DNA of 60,327 bases, filler included, from Aduncisulcus paluster (GCA_024181965.1; 5 parts of 5 records of this genome joined end to end with filler, not necessarily neighbours in it), one strand, 5' to 3'. Positions 43,690 to 56,390 are shown, numbered from the whole stretch's first letter. A program made the numbers and translations. The notes: generated from the letters alone by a model not told the origin.

Positions 43690-46600
43690 TTATTCTTCAT
43701 CCCAAACATCATCTCCCTCTTCGCCCCAAGTGCTCCTCGATTTGTTTGGAGGCTCAATGATCCTGGCATAAGTATTTTCCTCCCCCTTTCGGACAAGGAA
43801 AACACACAAATTAATGAGAACCTTGGGAGACATTCTTGACAGATGGGCACGCCAAAAGTCAACGGATATCTCAATGAATTTCCCTTCTTCAGCGGCTGGA
43901 ATGACAACATCAGAGATATATCTCGCGTATTCCTCGGTCATTTCGGTCCTTTCCTTCCACCCTGGGAATCTAACCATACAATGGATAATGATCCACACCA
44001 AAGCATCGAAAATGGTCTCATTGAAATTCTCAAAGAATTTGGAATAACTGTACAACTCATGTGGAGTGGATTTGAGAAGAAGATCGCCTCCTTCCTTCTT
44101 ATATATGGTCGGGATACTAGGATCGGAAACACCAGAAGTATCTTTGTCATCGATGATATTAAACTGTTTCTTCTCGATGCAGTCCTTGATTGCCGCTTGT
44201 ATAAGACTTCGGTTCACCTTATTTTCCGAGTACCAGGATCTTTCCTTGTTCATGCAATAAACAACAATGCATCTCGCGGCATGTTCCAGAGTAGTCTGGT
44301 GGTCCAAGGATTGAGAGATCATCTCAGAGTTGATCACATCAGTGCCAGAGATTTGAATAATAAAGGCTTTCCCAAGCTGCATAATAGATTTGGCACATAA
44401 CACGTAAAGTGGATATTTCAGCATGGTTTCCTTCATTCGTTTATCAATCTCTCTCTCAAACTCTGGGGCAAAGTAATCCAGTGTAAACTTGGCACAGTCA
44501 GCGCCATCAATGGACAACGGGGAGTATATATTACGGATACGTTTCTCATGTTCGGGTGAGAAACTTTTAGGGTCAAGCGTAGCAGGTTTTGAACTATATT
44601 CAACGGACAATTCCCCATACGCACATATATCATGAATGTGAGCGAGAGAAAAGAAACCGAGAATATCCATAGGTGTGAATCTTCGAATAAGATACTCGTC
44701 AAGCTCATCCACTTGGTCAATGTCAACAATTTCACGCACATAAGCTGTAGGCATCAATGAGAACGAGGAATCTACATTGGGAAGAAGATTTCCAACCCAA
44801 ACACTCTTGGATATCGGTCTGACAGATCCACAGCTCGTGAATCTACTCATCAAGAAGCTTGTTATTGCGGAGGCATTACTCGTGAAGGAGACGGAGGCAA
44901 CATCAGTAGAACTGGGAGTAACTTCAACTCTGACAAGCGAAAGCAAGGAGGACATACATTTGCTCGGGAATTCAGCAAGATCATGTGGATGGATTACACA
45001 CATGAGATTATTCGGGGATTTAGCAGATACAGCAACTTCCACTAATCCCTTTGTGCTGGATGAGGAATGGAATTTCTCAACAATAGAGTTATGCTTCGAG
45101 ACAGCCTCCATTGTCTTGGAAATAAATCTGTTTTCTACACGCAGCAATTGATGGACATCCATGTCTCTGAAATTCCTGGGGATTCTAGGTTTAAGATCAT
45201 CAATCTCGCGAGAAATAGGCATCTTATCATGACCCTTTCCTTTGCAATCAATAGCAATCTCCAACCACTTGGCCATTGGGAATGCACACATTGAATGCAT
45301 GTAGGTCTTCACTAACTTTTCATGAGACCTTGAGAGTGAAGACACAAGGGATTCCTCAATGGATTTATGAGAATCTTGATCAGAGGCTGTGATTCTCGGA
45401 GAAAGACCATAAAACCAGTACAATACTTTAATATCTTCACTTGAAAAGCGGGGAAGAATCTCAAGATCATACACAGCCTGTTTAACTTTGTTCGTATGAT
45501 GTTCGCCTGGGAGTCCATCATTATGAGCAAATTGAACGGCTGCCACTTGTATAATTTTATCAAGATGGTTCACTTCTTCTGGATTGGAGCGTTTTCTGAT
45601 TAATTCAGCGATCTTTCTCCTCAAATCCCCATGGTCAACCACCATATCTGTTTTTTGAGCCTTCCACCACCGACAACCATATGAAATACTGCACATAGCT
45701 TCTAAAACTGAGCCAGAAATAGATGAATCTGTGGCAAGACTTGCGTTAGCAACAGAAATGCACAATAGTCGTCCACGGGCAAACAACACTCTACCGAGAC
45801 ATTCCTTAACAATTTCAGAGAGATAAGGATAAAGAATCTTTTTCAGCCCTGCAAGCGAACGTACAATTTTCTTCAAGAAGATCGAAAAGAACAATAATTC
45901 ATTCTCCGTATTCTCAACTTTCAATAACCTAATTAACCAAGGATTTAGTAATTGTGTCACAGAGAAACGATCCACATCAACCTCCCGTCCGAATGCATCA
46001 AAATTCTTCTGGAACAAATATGAAACACGAGACTTGATAATTTTGGTTTTCTGTGGGCAATCAGGCAATACAATATTGAATTCACAAAGAGCTTCGACGA
46101 TTATTGGATATATCCACTGAATGAAATACAAGGCATAATTCAATGTCTGACGCATATCGTTTTTAACCAATCTTGTTGCCAAGGAAGAAAAGGCTTTCCA
46201 GATATCTGTTCGACCTGATCTAGAACCATGAGGCATTTTCTTGGAAGTTTCAGTCACAGATTTAATATAATATTTGCAAAGTTCGCCCACAAATGGAACA
46301 TTTTTGTTATTTAGTATTTGACAAAGGTAACTTTGAAGTTGGAGTTTGTTATACATGAAAATATCATCAAATGAAGAAGTAACATCCTTGAGTTTTGACC
46401 AAACTCCAGCAAAACACACAGGAGAACCATCAGTGTGACAGATAAGTTTTTCAAATTCTAAGATATTTGCAGACCGACACTGAATGAAAAATCTGACAAC
46501 ATCCAAGAAATTTTGAGAACGAAGGAAAGCAAATGAGGTCACATCGACCGTTTGATAGAGTTTCTTGGCCCAAATCAACATAGTCATAAGAACGTGATCA

Positions 46601-49600
46601 CTCTCAGCAGTGAGTTTGGACCCACTTAAGCGGCGACACAGGAAATTTCCATCTGAAGTTTCAGAGATGCATACTTTAACCAAATATTTCTCAAATGCCT
46701 CAAGACTCACACGAACACGATCGAGGACTTTTTTGGTGGTGAAAACAGGGTCTTCTTCAAACCTTGCAAGAATCCATTGGTCGAGAGTCTTTCCCTCTAG
46801 ATCAAATCCGACAGCAGGAGAAATATAATCCATGATGAATCTTCTCTTGATAAGCATTTCAGGACACTGGATTGAGAATGTATCGAGAGCAAAACACTCC
46901 AACAATCCTTTGGAATCTAGAGTCTTCACAAATTCATCGGCAGAGGCCTGCAACTTATCTTGACGGAGTGAGAGGAGTTGCTGTTGAGGCGAGTTGAAGT
47001 TAGAACATTGGATATACATGGACATAAATTCCTTGTGAACGTCACCAGCATATATAGAACTGCATATATCACTGGCCAGACCCTGACACCAAGTAGAAAC
47101 ATTGGCAAGAACCACATTTATCGTGGGGCAGTTATCTTTCCTGTTTAAGATAGCACTAAGCAATTTAGATGAAGAATGGTCGCCATGATGCCCATATCTC
47201 ACGTATTTTGTGAATGCTCTTCTAAATAATATCAATTTTCTTGCATTCTCTTGGTCATCAACAAAGATATCTTGCTGAACAGAGCTCAACACAGTGGGAT
47301 AAGAATCCTGATTCAAAGGCAAAGTGTATTGACTGAGTAAAAGATCAAGATTAATCAATTCTGGAAGTCTAATGATGAAAACAATGGATTTGTGCTGTTT
47401 TTGCAGAGACTCTTGGAATTTGAAAGAATTGGCAGTGTTAAAGAGAGAGTGAAGGTGATACGGCTGTTCAAACACAAAAATCAAACATCTCTTTTCATCA
47501 TTTTCGGGAATTAAATCATCATTACACAAGAAAGATTCAAGGATCTGAACATATTTCCTCTTGCTATCGACTTCACTTCCCTTTCCAATCATATAAATGT
47601 CATATGGTTCTTCTCGATGGAAGTATTTCTCCTTGAACTGGGAAATAGGTTGCTGGACATACTTTATATATGTTCTACAGTCTTTTTCTTCCACATTAGG
47701 GGAGGATAGATGCCGAATAAATGACTCGAAGGAGTATACATTCTCACCGTAGAACCTTCCCAAAATAGAATCGGAATCAGAAAAAGACGTATCATGAGGA
47801 TCTGGTGAGGAAACAGAAGTACCGAACATCATTTCAGAGGACCCACATTCGTGAAGGATAGGGTTAATAAGACCTGCAATGAACATGAAGCTGGCTGCAG
47901 AGAGACTTGCTTCATCAGGATTCAGAATAACGCTTGACCCATCGTGTTGTCCACAGTAATTTCTGGAGGCATGGACAATACGTCTGGCGGTGTAGTGAAC
48001 TCCTTTGGAGAAGTTTAAGCAAGGGAATAACACACGACATGTGGCCTCTTCGGATGTCGTCGAAGCAAGACCATTACCTCTGGCACGCCTAATGAGAGCA
48101 AGCAAGACATGTTCCACTCTTGTGACGACAAGTTCACACTCGGGAGTGGCATCGACAAGGGATGGCATCACAACAACCTGCATTCTGGATACGAGAGCAG
48201 TGTCAGGGACTTGGTTTTGATCAATTGAGTGGAATCTTTGGATATCCATGAAGACAATTGCTCTGAAGAACAAAGAAACATCCATTGTTGTGACCTTATA
48301 TCCTTCAGGATCAGCAATTCTGACTTGTCTCTGTGATCCCTTTGAAGATATGAAATTGTAGTTAAATAGTGAATACAAGGCTGGATAGACCTTGTCCATT
48401 CCATACATGCACAGCACACCTCTATTTCTCATGTTATGAAGGATATCTCCAAGGACACGAATGAAATAACCCCTTTCCATATCCTTAGGAAGGTAACTCC
48501 TGAAGAGTTTGGGGAGATTACCCTGTTCAAATACAGATCCGATCCAATTATCCTCGGCTTCATCAATATCCTCACTTGAGTAGTGGTTAACCAAATGATG
48601 GAGAATTCTGGAGACCGTCTGGAATATCTCATGGGGATCACCAACAACAAGCAACATTCGAGTGTCATTTGATAAGTTCTGGGTGATAAGGGCCTCAGAT
48701 GTAGCACTCACAGTTGGAGGATGACCGTCAAGCATCTCAGAAAGTACTGCTTTGACACGGGTGACACCATTTCCTGGGATAAGCCCAACAACTCCAACAT
48801 AATTGGCAATGGCAGCTCCATAAAAGGCTTTTGGGGGGTCAACTCCTCTAAATATGGACCAAGCAAGGTCACGAATGAAGAAATAAAAGTTTCTTAAGGT
48901 CTGAACTTGTCTTCTTCTGATGTCATGAGGATGAATCTCACCAAGATGGGTTAACAGCTTTCTTCTAATTTCATCTTCAATAATAACCTTCACTTTCGTG
49001 TACAACTCAGCGCCAAACTCGATGAATCTCTCTGCTCTGGTGAAGTATGCAGCAATATGAGCAGGATTCTTGACATGAATGCAAGAAGCAAGCACTTCTT
49101 TGTAGAATAAACATCCAGTTACCTTAAGTTCCTCAGAACTGGGGTCAATGGCCTGAACAACGAAAGCTCTTGAACATTTCCCTGGATCTGGAAGGTAATT
49201 TGATAGAGCAATGAAAGTGACTCGATCATCTGGATTGCTGGGCTCAAGCAACTGATGCAAGATCTTCAAGACATTCTTATTGTTTTGAATAGCTAGTCCA
49301 AGTTCCTCAAAGAAGGCAATTGGAATGATTCGGAAGTCGTTTTTTTGTTTCGAGCGGGCAAAAATGGAATGATATTTCTCCAATACACTAGTAAACAGAT
49401 TAAGCACACCCTTTGAAGTCGAGGCTGTTGATCCCTGATATTCGTGAGTAATAACACGAATACCCTTCATAAGAGGATGGTCTATTCCCGATCCTGTTCC
49501 AAAATCTAGAGGGATAACAACAATATTGTAAGCAAGCGTCTTGGAGGTTCCAGGTGCTCCGATCAAAAATGCTGCTCTTTGTAGAACAATTGCGAGAGAG

Positions 49601-52186
49601 ATCAAGTAAATGTTTAAGCACAAAGACTCAGTAAGAACAATAGCATTGCTGTTACGCTTAGTGTCCCCACATGTTTTCTTGTAGGAGGAATACACGGAAG
49701 AAGCAAAGGTTCGAAGGATGTGGATAATAATCTCTTTCAACATGGCAGAGTTGATTATTGCATGAGCTTGAACGCCATGTTCTTGGTGAGAAAATGGGGA
49801 AGAATTGAAATGAGAACCATCCGGAATGGTGGAATCTCTCTCCATTCTTGAAACAAGTCGGGAAGCTTCGGAGGCAAATGGAATATCATTCTGGTTAAAG
49901 ACAGTGCAACAATCATCCAAAAGATCTTTTCTAGCATCAGGTGAACCACATCTACCATAGAAAGTGACGTACATTCCTACCAAAATACCCCGGAGAAACT
50001 CTGATTTCCAAGCAGATGACGGTTTGAATTTAATGGATTTTATCGACTTATCAATGGAAATACCAGATTGAGAAACAGAAGGATGCACTGAATCTTCACC
50101 AACTCCACACAAGACTCCATGCTGGCGGTGAGTATCGTGAGAGATCTCAAAGCATGAATGGTCAACAGCGTGTAGAGCATGTAATATAGCAACGATACTA
50201 AACCTATCGGCCTCACGATATGAAGCAAAGAAGCATCGTTTCTCAAGAACAGAAAGGATATGGCTTGCAAAAGTAATAATATCATATATAGATTGAATAT
50301 CTACCATTGTATTTGACATGAAATCAACGGCAAAATCGTTTCCTATTCCTTGAACATTGCCGGAATACCTTGACAAGAGTGCAGCCGTGGTTTGAACATT
50401 ATTTTTATGGGCCACACAAGCCAAGGAGAATTTGATATGAGAAATAACAATTCTCTCCAATATGCGTCTATTTTCCTCATCTTTACCTTGAGCCTTGAGT
50501 CCTTGCCAGAACAATACGAAGCATCGGAGAGATTCTGGAGTCGGATACACACGATATGAAACATGACTGAACGGATCAATTCCAATGTCCTTGTCGATGA
50601 CCTGAGATGTTTGCTGTTCTTCCTCCTTGGAACGTTGTCTGTATGGATTACAAGCTGCGAAGAAACGAAGATGTTGAGCAATGCTCTTGGATGAATTGAA
50701 CGTTGGGTAGAGAGAGAAGAAAATATCATCAAGAGATTGCCCACGAATTGTTTTCTTCGTCATAATCTCAGCCAATAGTTCACAGGATTCACAAGTATTC
50801 AATTCATCAAAGAAAATAGCCGCACATGAGCCGAAAGCATATTCTTTCCACACTTGATTTTGGATAGACCCAGGACTGACATTGAGAATCTCAGTATATA
50901 ACTTGTACATAACATTCATCATGAACTCGATAATAACCTTCTCATTTGTAGATCCATTGCATCCCAACTCAAACAAATACTTACCACTCACACAATTAGA
51001 AGCAGCACGAATAAGAAGAGTCTTTCCAGTTCCACTGTCTCCAATAAGGCAGAGAGGCTTATCGAGCTCATATGTCCGTAAGATAGCAAATAGAAGGTGA
51101 GCGTTGTGAGGAGTCAAAATAAGACCTCGGGGTTTCTGCAAAACATACTTCTTAATGTCAAATTCTTTATGGTGAGATAAAGCCAAACGTCTGAGATCGT
51201 CATCACAGGGCAGGAATTCAGAGGAAACACTATCGGTGAGAAGAAGAAGAAGAAGAAGAGGAAGATGATGAATGGGATGGAGTTGCTGGTTTGGGAGGTT
51301 TGGGAATCTCAACATTGTTCATCCAAGAATGTTGGACATAACTCCACAGAGCATTACTTTCACTTACAATGGTTCTATCTGATAAGAACTTTGTAATTCT
51401 TTCACGGAGAGTCAATACAACAGGACCATTCTTTCTTACAGGTTGTGGTTCGTCATCTTCATCCTCAGAGATACAGATATCATCATATTCTTCACTGTCT
51501 CTCAGTAAATGATCTCTCTCCTTCTTCCTCTCTTTTCTTCTCCCTTCTTCTCTTCGATGGATAAGACTATGACGTGCTTCACCAATAAAACTCACAACAT
51601 CACACACGAGTTGCCATGCTGTTGCGAATTGTTCCGGAAGACAATCTCCTTCGTGAATTATGATAGGCATATCCGATTCTCGCGCTTTCTTTGCAATATC
51701 AGTATCAGGGTATGCAAGAGCACATATTCTCATAGATATATGACCCACACTACGCTTAGATACTTCTCCAATCACCTCTTCACCTTTGAGACCTATAAAG
51801 AAGCTCTCACAAGTCCTGATATCTTTCAGAAGATCTCTTGGAGATCCACCCCATACACTCATTACAGAATCAAACAGCGCATAAATATCGTGTGCAAGCA
51901 CTCCAATGATGTTATCTTCGAGACCAGGAATAGAAAAAGCCGTCTTCTTTTCCTGCGCAATATCAACCAAGAATAACTGAACAATTGGATGGACTGCATA
52001 GTTTTGTTGAATAAAAGGATTATCATTTGGAGAGGGAACATAACGTTGAGTCCATGTGATAGCGTTCTCAAGTTCAGAAACAGAACCATTGGATATGGAA
52101 GAGGTAGAAAGGAATGCCATTTTGCTGATGTGGCACATTCTCACAATATCATGGGATAAAGTTGGGAAAACGTGATAATTTGCAGC
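43690..52186 (-). CDS. RNF213/mysterin-like giant tandem AAA+ ATPase, 5'-truncated, with a +1 frameshift in a (TCT)n run near 51240
   Basis: Ordered motifs LIGDSGTGKT, IFFDELNT, FFAACNPYR, YRVYPTPESL, LIGAPGTSKT, YQGSTASTSKGV, FFEELGLA, LKILHQLLE, FIALSNYLPDPGKCSR, LRNFYFFIR and LYSLFNYNF match the RNF213 AAA core as recalled. The upstream ORF is open to the contig end at 52186. Confidence 0.85.
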
Positions 52187-52286
52187 NNNNNNNNNNNNNN
52201 NNNNNNNNNNNNNNNNNNNNNNNNNNNNNNTTAATTAATTAANNNNNNNNNNNNNNNNNNNNNNNNNNNNNNNNNNNNNNNNNNNN
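52187..52286. other. Artificial contig spacer N44-TTAATTAATTAA-N44
   Basis: Linker at 52231-52242. Confidence 0.97.
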
Positions 52287-52592
52287 AAGGCTCTGGGTCT
52301 CACTGTGTTCAAATACCACAACGACGAATACACCCATGTCAAAATGCCCCTCCCCAGCTTCTTGGCATTTGCTTCCGTCATCCCCAAGGCCTATGGCATG
52401 CTTGCTGAGCACTTCAAGGCTTCTGGCAAGTGTGATGCTTGTGCCACTCCCAAGTCCCCCAAAACCCACAAAAGCCCCAAGCCTAAGAAGAAGGGACAGC
52501 CCATTCCACACACCATGCCCCTCGGTGTCGAGATTTACAAGAAGAACTCCATTTACTTCATGGTTGATGCCGAATGGGATGAGATGCCCTAA
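52287..52592 (+). CDS. 3' part of a GyrI-like/TEX264-like domain protein
   Basis: GLTVFKY...VKMPLPSFLAFASVIPKAYGMLAEHFK...GVEIYKKNSIYFM resembles the TEX264 GyrI-like C-terminal half (…LEIYQEDQIHFM); open from the contig start. Confidence 0.55.
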   Translation, partial: KALGLTVFKYHNDEYTHVKMPLPSFLAFASVIPKAYGMLAEHFKASGKCDACATPKSPKTHKSPKPKKKGQPIPHTMPLGVEIYKKNSIYFMVDAEWDEMP

Positions 52593-52898
52593 TCAACCTC
52601 TTGGATCAGCACTCTTGTCTTACACACGCCAGTTCTGGAATGATTATGCTATTCAGGACTTAAATTGGTCACTAATTAGTGGCTATTTGTTAATTTAATC
52701 GACCTTTCAAATGTATGTCTTCGATCGTATGAATCTGTAATAATATTAATATTATTAATAAAATTTATTAAATTTAACCCAATTAACAGTACCATTTCCA
52801 ATTGGAATCCAATTGCAAAAATCTCAATTTTTCGAAAAATTGAAGTCAAATGATCTTAAAATACAACAGAGAAATAGATCTAATTATCCAAATTCAAT

Positions 52899-55067
52899 CT
52901 ATTCATTGGCTCTTGTGGCAGCCATAACGTGGGCGTTAATGTAATATTCGAACAAATGCTTCCAGTCGAGACCCTTTCCAGCCTTTTCGATCCTATTTCT
53001 GAGAGCAACACGATCACGACGATTAAGTCTTGAGAATTCAAGCATCACCTCACACAGACGTCGGCAAGACTCATCTGGAGCTATCAGTCTCCGGTCAAGC
53101 ACATAGATTCCGTCGAATCCGCATCCACTTCCCTTCTTCCACATGTTGCTCCTTCCTTTGTCACCACTTTGAAGGAGGGCTTTGAATTTCTTGGCAGTTA
53201 AAGCAGGAGAAGATGTTTCTTGGATCTTCACACGTCTCTTCACTGCACCAAATCCCTGCACAGCGGCAGCTGCGTGAGCAAGAACATCGTCACTCGCTGA
53301 TTTCGCTCCGAGTGGAGAGCCAGCCCTTCGAGGAGATCCCATTATCGAAGGAGGCATTGATTGATAAATGAATGAAGTTTTCCTAGAGCTTTCAATAAAG
53401 TTTCCAAATCCACTAACGTTTGTCGTGATGGCTGCCACACCATTGATCATACACTCGGCAGGAGTCAGTCCGAATGGTTCATAATACGATGGGAACACAC
53501 CAAGATGACATCCACGAACAAAGTCCATATAATCCATACCAAACAGAGGAGATGTGGCAGTAATGAATTGAGGATGCCACACGATCTTAACACGATCCTC
53601 GGGCCTATTGAAGAGATTACAATCACGGATCTTAACGATAATCGGGTCAACTTCAGTCTCGGGGCACAGTTTGTGAGTTACAACAGAAGGGAATGAATCC
53701 CTGGGATATCTCGTGAGCTGAGCGGCAAAGCGTTTCAACATGACCTCATCTTTCTTCTCCAAAAGAGATGATGGATCAACAGCACCGTGGCGAGTGATCA
53801 TCTCAACAATCTTCTCTCCAATATTGGAGGCAATTGTACGAGTCAACCTTTGCAGATCTTTGTGCATGGCTACACCTTCCAACGAATCGGGAAGGAATCC
53901 TTGGTGCTTGGCAGGCATAATCACAAATGCCACAATGGTCATATCACTCTTGGCTTCTTTCAATTTCCAATTCAACTGTGCCAAAGCTTCAATGAACACA
54001 TCAGCACCTTTGTTTAAATACTCATTACGACCTGAAATGAAGAAAAATAGTGTTTTATCCATGTCCATTTCGGCCAAAGCACCATGGAAATGTCCACGAA
54101 CGAAATCACGAATCTTCTCTCTTTGCACAACGTGAAGATGGTGTAAGGACTGAAGATCGACAGTGCTTGTGTCTAAACCGTTGTATGTGATCACATCAGG
54201 CTCTCTTCCGTGAATACATTTGCTTTCATACCCAGTGATATCACTCACAGCAGTAAACACATCGCATACTTTCGCACTCCATTTTTCGACGGCATGTTCA
54301 ACCCAAATCCCTCGTTTTTTAGCCTCTGCGTCGACATCAATGTCACGGAGACTCCCATAAACATCAAGTTTCCCAGCGGCAAGATGCCTACCAAGAATAG
54401 TGGCATGAGTTGTGAAAACTGTTCCAGGAACATATAAATATGTGTGTTTAACGGGTTTCATATCTCTTTCAAGGAAAATAAGTCCGATAGAACCAAGCCA
54501 CTCATGAAAATTCATCACGAATTGTGTGTCTCTCTGGAACCGAAGCAATTCACGCAAGAAGAAACGAACAATAACACCAAAAACAAGTGCATCCCATATG
54601 AATTTTTCATTTATCTTTCCAGGAGTTGGTTCGTTAATGGGAATACCATAATTATCGAGCAATTCCTTCCTAGATTCATGTACGTTTGACCAAAAGTCTC
54701 CTTCAAATGCTTGTTCAAAAAGCAAGGCTTTAGGATGACCATTTACCAACCATCTCCCCATATGAACCTTGATATTGTATTTCTTTTCGAAAGCCTGGCA
54801 AGGGGCAGCAAATTCAGGAAGAAACTCATCCTCGAATTCTCCGACAGCTTTTTCGGGAATATAAGGTCCAATAAGAGCATAATTCTCATGATAAGTGTCT
54901 GTAGTAGCCTTAGCCTTGGATTTCAGAACAGTATTGATACCACCAATTCGATTCGCAACTTCAAGGGAAATATCAAGCAAATAATACTCTTCTGGCGTTG
55001 GATCCATTTTAATAGTTTTTTGTAATGTGTTCAAAATGAAGCAATAAGCACTTTTACATTTTGACAT
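52899..55067 (-). CDS. GYS: Glycogen synthase, GT3 family (start may be ATG 55007)
   Basis: EVANRIGGINTVLKSKA, FTTHATILGR, GRNEYLNKGADVFIEAL, GCHLGVFPSYYEPFGLTPAEC and Arg cluster RRDRVALRNR. Confidence 0.96.
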   Translation of the reverse strand: MSKCKSAYCFILNTLQKTIKMDPTPEEYYLLDISLEVANRIGGINTVLKSKAKATTDTYHENYALIGPYIPEKAVGEFEDEFLPEFAAPCQAFEKKYNIKVHMGRWLVNGHPKALLFEQAFEGDFWSNVHESRKELLDNYGIPINEPTPGKINEKFIWDALVFGVIVRFFLRELLRFQRDTQFVMNFHEWLGSIGLIFLERDMKPVKHTYLYVPGTVFTTHATILGRHLAAGKLDVYGSLRDIDVDAEAKKRGIWVEHAVEKWSAKVCDVFTAVSDITGYESKCIHGREPDVITYNGLDTSTVDLQSLHHLHVVQREKIRDFVRGHFHGALAEMDMDKTLFFFISGRNEYLNKGADVFIEALAQLNWKLKEAKSDMTIVAFVIMPAKHQGFLPDSLEGVAMHKDLQRLTRTIASNIGEKIVEMITRHGAVDPSSLLEKKDEVMLKRFAAQLTRYPRDSFPSVVTHKLCPETEVDPIIVKIRDCNLFNRPEDRVKIVWHPQFITATSPLFGMDYMDFVRGCHLGVFPSYYEPFGLTPAECMINGVAAITTNVSGFGNFIESSRKTSFIYQSMPPSIMGSPRRAGSPLGAKSASDDVLAHAAAAVQGFGAVKRRVKIQETSSPALTAKKFKALLQSGDKGRSNMWKKGSGCGFDGIYVLDRRLIAPDESCRRLCEVMLEFSRLNRRDRVALRNRIEKAGKGLDWKHLFEYYINAHVMAATRANE

Positions 55068-55362
55068 CTTAAATTTTAAATTTTTGAAAACTCATGTGTA
55101 AAATTATTGTTAAATAATTAACTAAGATTTTATATTTTCATAGGATTATGTGTAATAGCGTCATGCTCAGAGATATAACCAAAATGAATTTCCAGTGAAT
55201 CTAAGAATAATAATTTTGAAATGATGCAGAATAAAACATTAAAATGTTGTATATCGGAATATTTGATACCTAAAATAAGTTGATTCCTCCAAACTTTTTT
55301 TTTTTTTTTTTGGCCACCTGACGGTAGATCATAGAATAGACAATGATGTATTTTCCTGAATA

Positions 55363-56181
55363 ATGATAAACAAATATAAAGTTGCTTTTTTTGATGTTGG
55401 AAATACCCTTACTATTGGAACTGTGTGGGGTAAGATACATTCATCATTTGATACGGTTGAACACGGTTTGGAGCATCATCAGCTGTTCAAAGCGAAAAAG
55501 TTAACATATAAACAATGGGTAGAAAAGGACGCTACATTTTGGGTTGGAAAAACTCGAGCTGAAGTAATATCTGCATTACAACCAATCAAACTTGTTGATG
55601 GCGCATCTGATGCTCTTCAATTCCTTCAAAGTCAGGGCGTTTTGATTGTGTTAGTATCTGGTGGACTTTTATGTAATTGTATTGAAGTAGCCAAAGCTCT
55701 TGATATTGATCCATTTGCGATCTTCTCCAATGAACTAACGTATGAAGATGAAAAAGTAACAGGGGCTATTGGAAAGTGTTGTACAATTCACGAAACGGAT
55801 GAGTGCAAAGACGTTGATGCCCACGAAATTGAGCTAGCTAGTTCTTCTCCCTCTCCCGATCTAATATCGTCACCTCCAAAGAAGAAATTGTCTTTTGAAG
55901 AATTAAAGAAATCATTCAGTATTGATCGCATGCTAAAAGGCCTCGGAGGAATTTCGAAAGGACAGTTTGTTCACAGATTCTGCTCTGAACTTGGGTTATC
56001 AAAGGAAGATGTCATTTCAGTTGGTGATGGAGAAAATGACATACCTCTTTTTAAAGAATCAAAGCTTAGTTTTGCTGTAAATGCGAAAAATCCAAGAGTT
56101 ATCGAAGCAGCAAAATTTCATGGTGGTTATCCTGAGCTGATTTCAATTTTGAAGTCTGAATTCAAAAAAGCTGTGAAATAA
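55363..56181 (+). CDS. HAD-superfamily hydrolase, phosphoserine phosphatase (SerB)-like
   Basis: Motif I FFDVGNTL, motif II LVSGG, motif III K in SKG, motif IV VGDGENDI. Confidence 0.85.
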   Translation: MINKYKVAFFDVGNTLTIGTVWGKIHSSFDTVEHGLEHHQLFKAKKLTYKQWVEKDATFWVGKTRAEVISALQPIKLVDGASDALQFLQSQGVLIVLVSGGLLCNCIEVAKALDIDPFAIFSNELTYEDEKVTGAIGKCCTIHETDECKDVDAHEIELASSSPSPDLISSPPKKKLSFEELKKSFSIDRMLKGLGGISKGQFVHRFCSELGLSKEDVISVGDGENDIPLFKESKLSFAVNAKNPRVIEAAKFHGGYPELISILKSEFKKAVK

Positions 56182-56390
56182 TAAATGGGTAATAGTGCCA
56201 TACAAGGTTTGTTTCTTTGAAATCAAGGGTTTTGCTTCCTATCGAGTGATATAGAGGAATAAATCTCGTTTCAAAATCCGAATAGATGATAAAAAATCTT
56301 TTAAAATCCATAATACTTATAAAAAGCCAATTTATAATTCAAGATCTTCTTGGGCGTTGTTGTTGGTGATTTTGGTCGAAAGAATTTATT

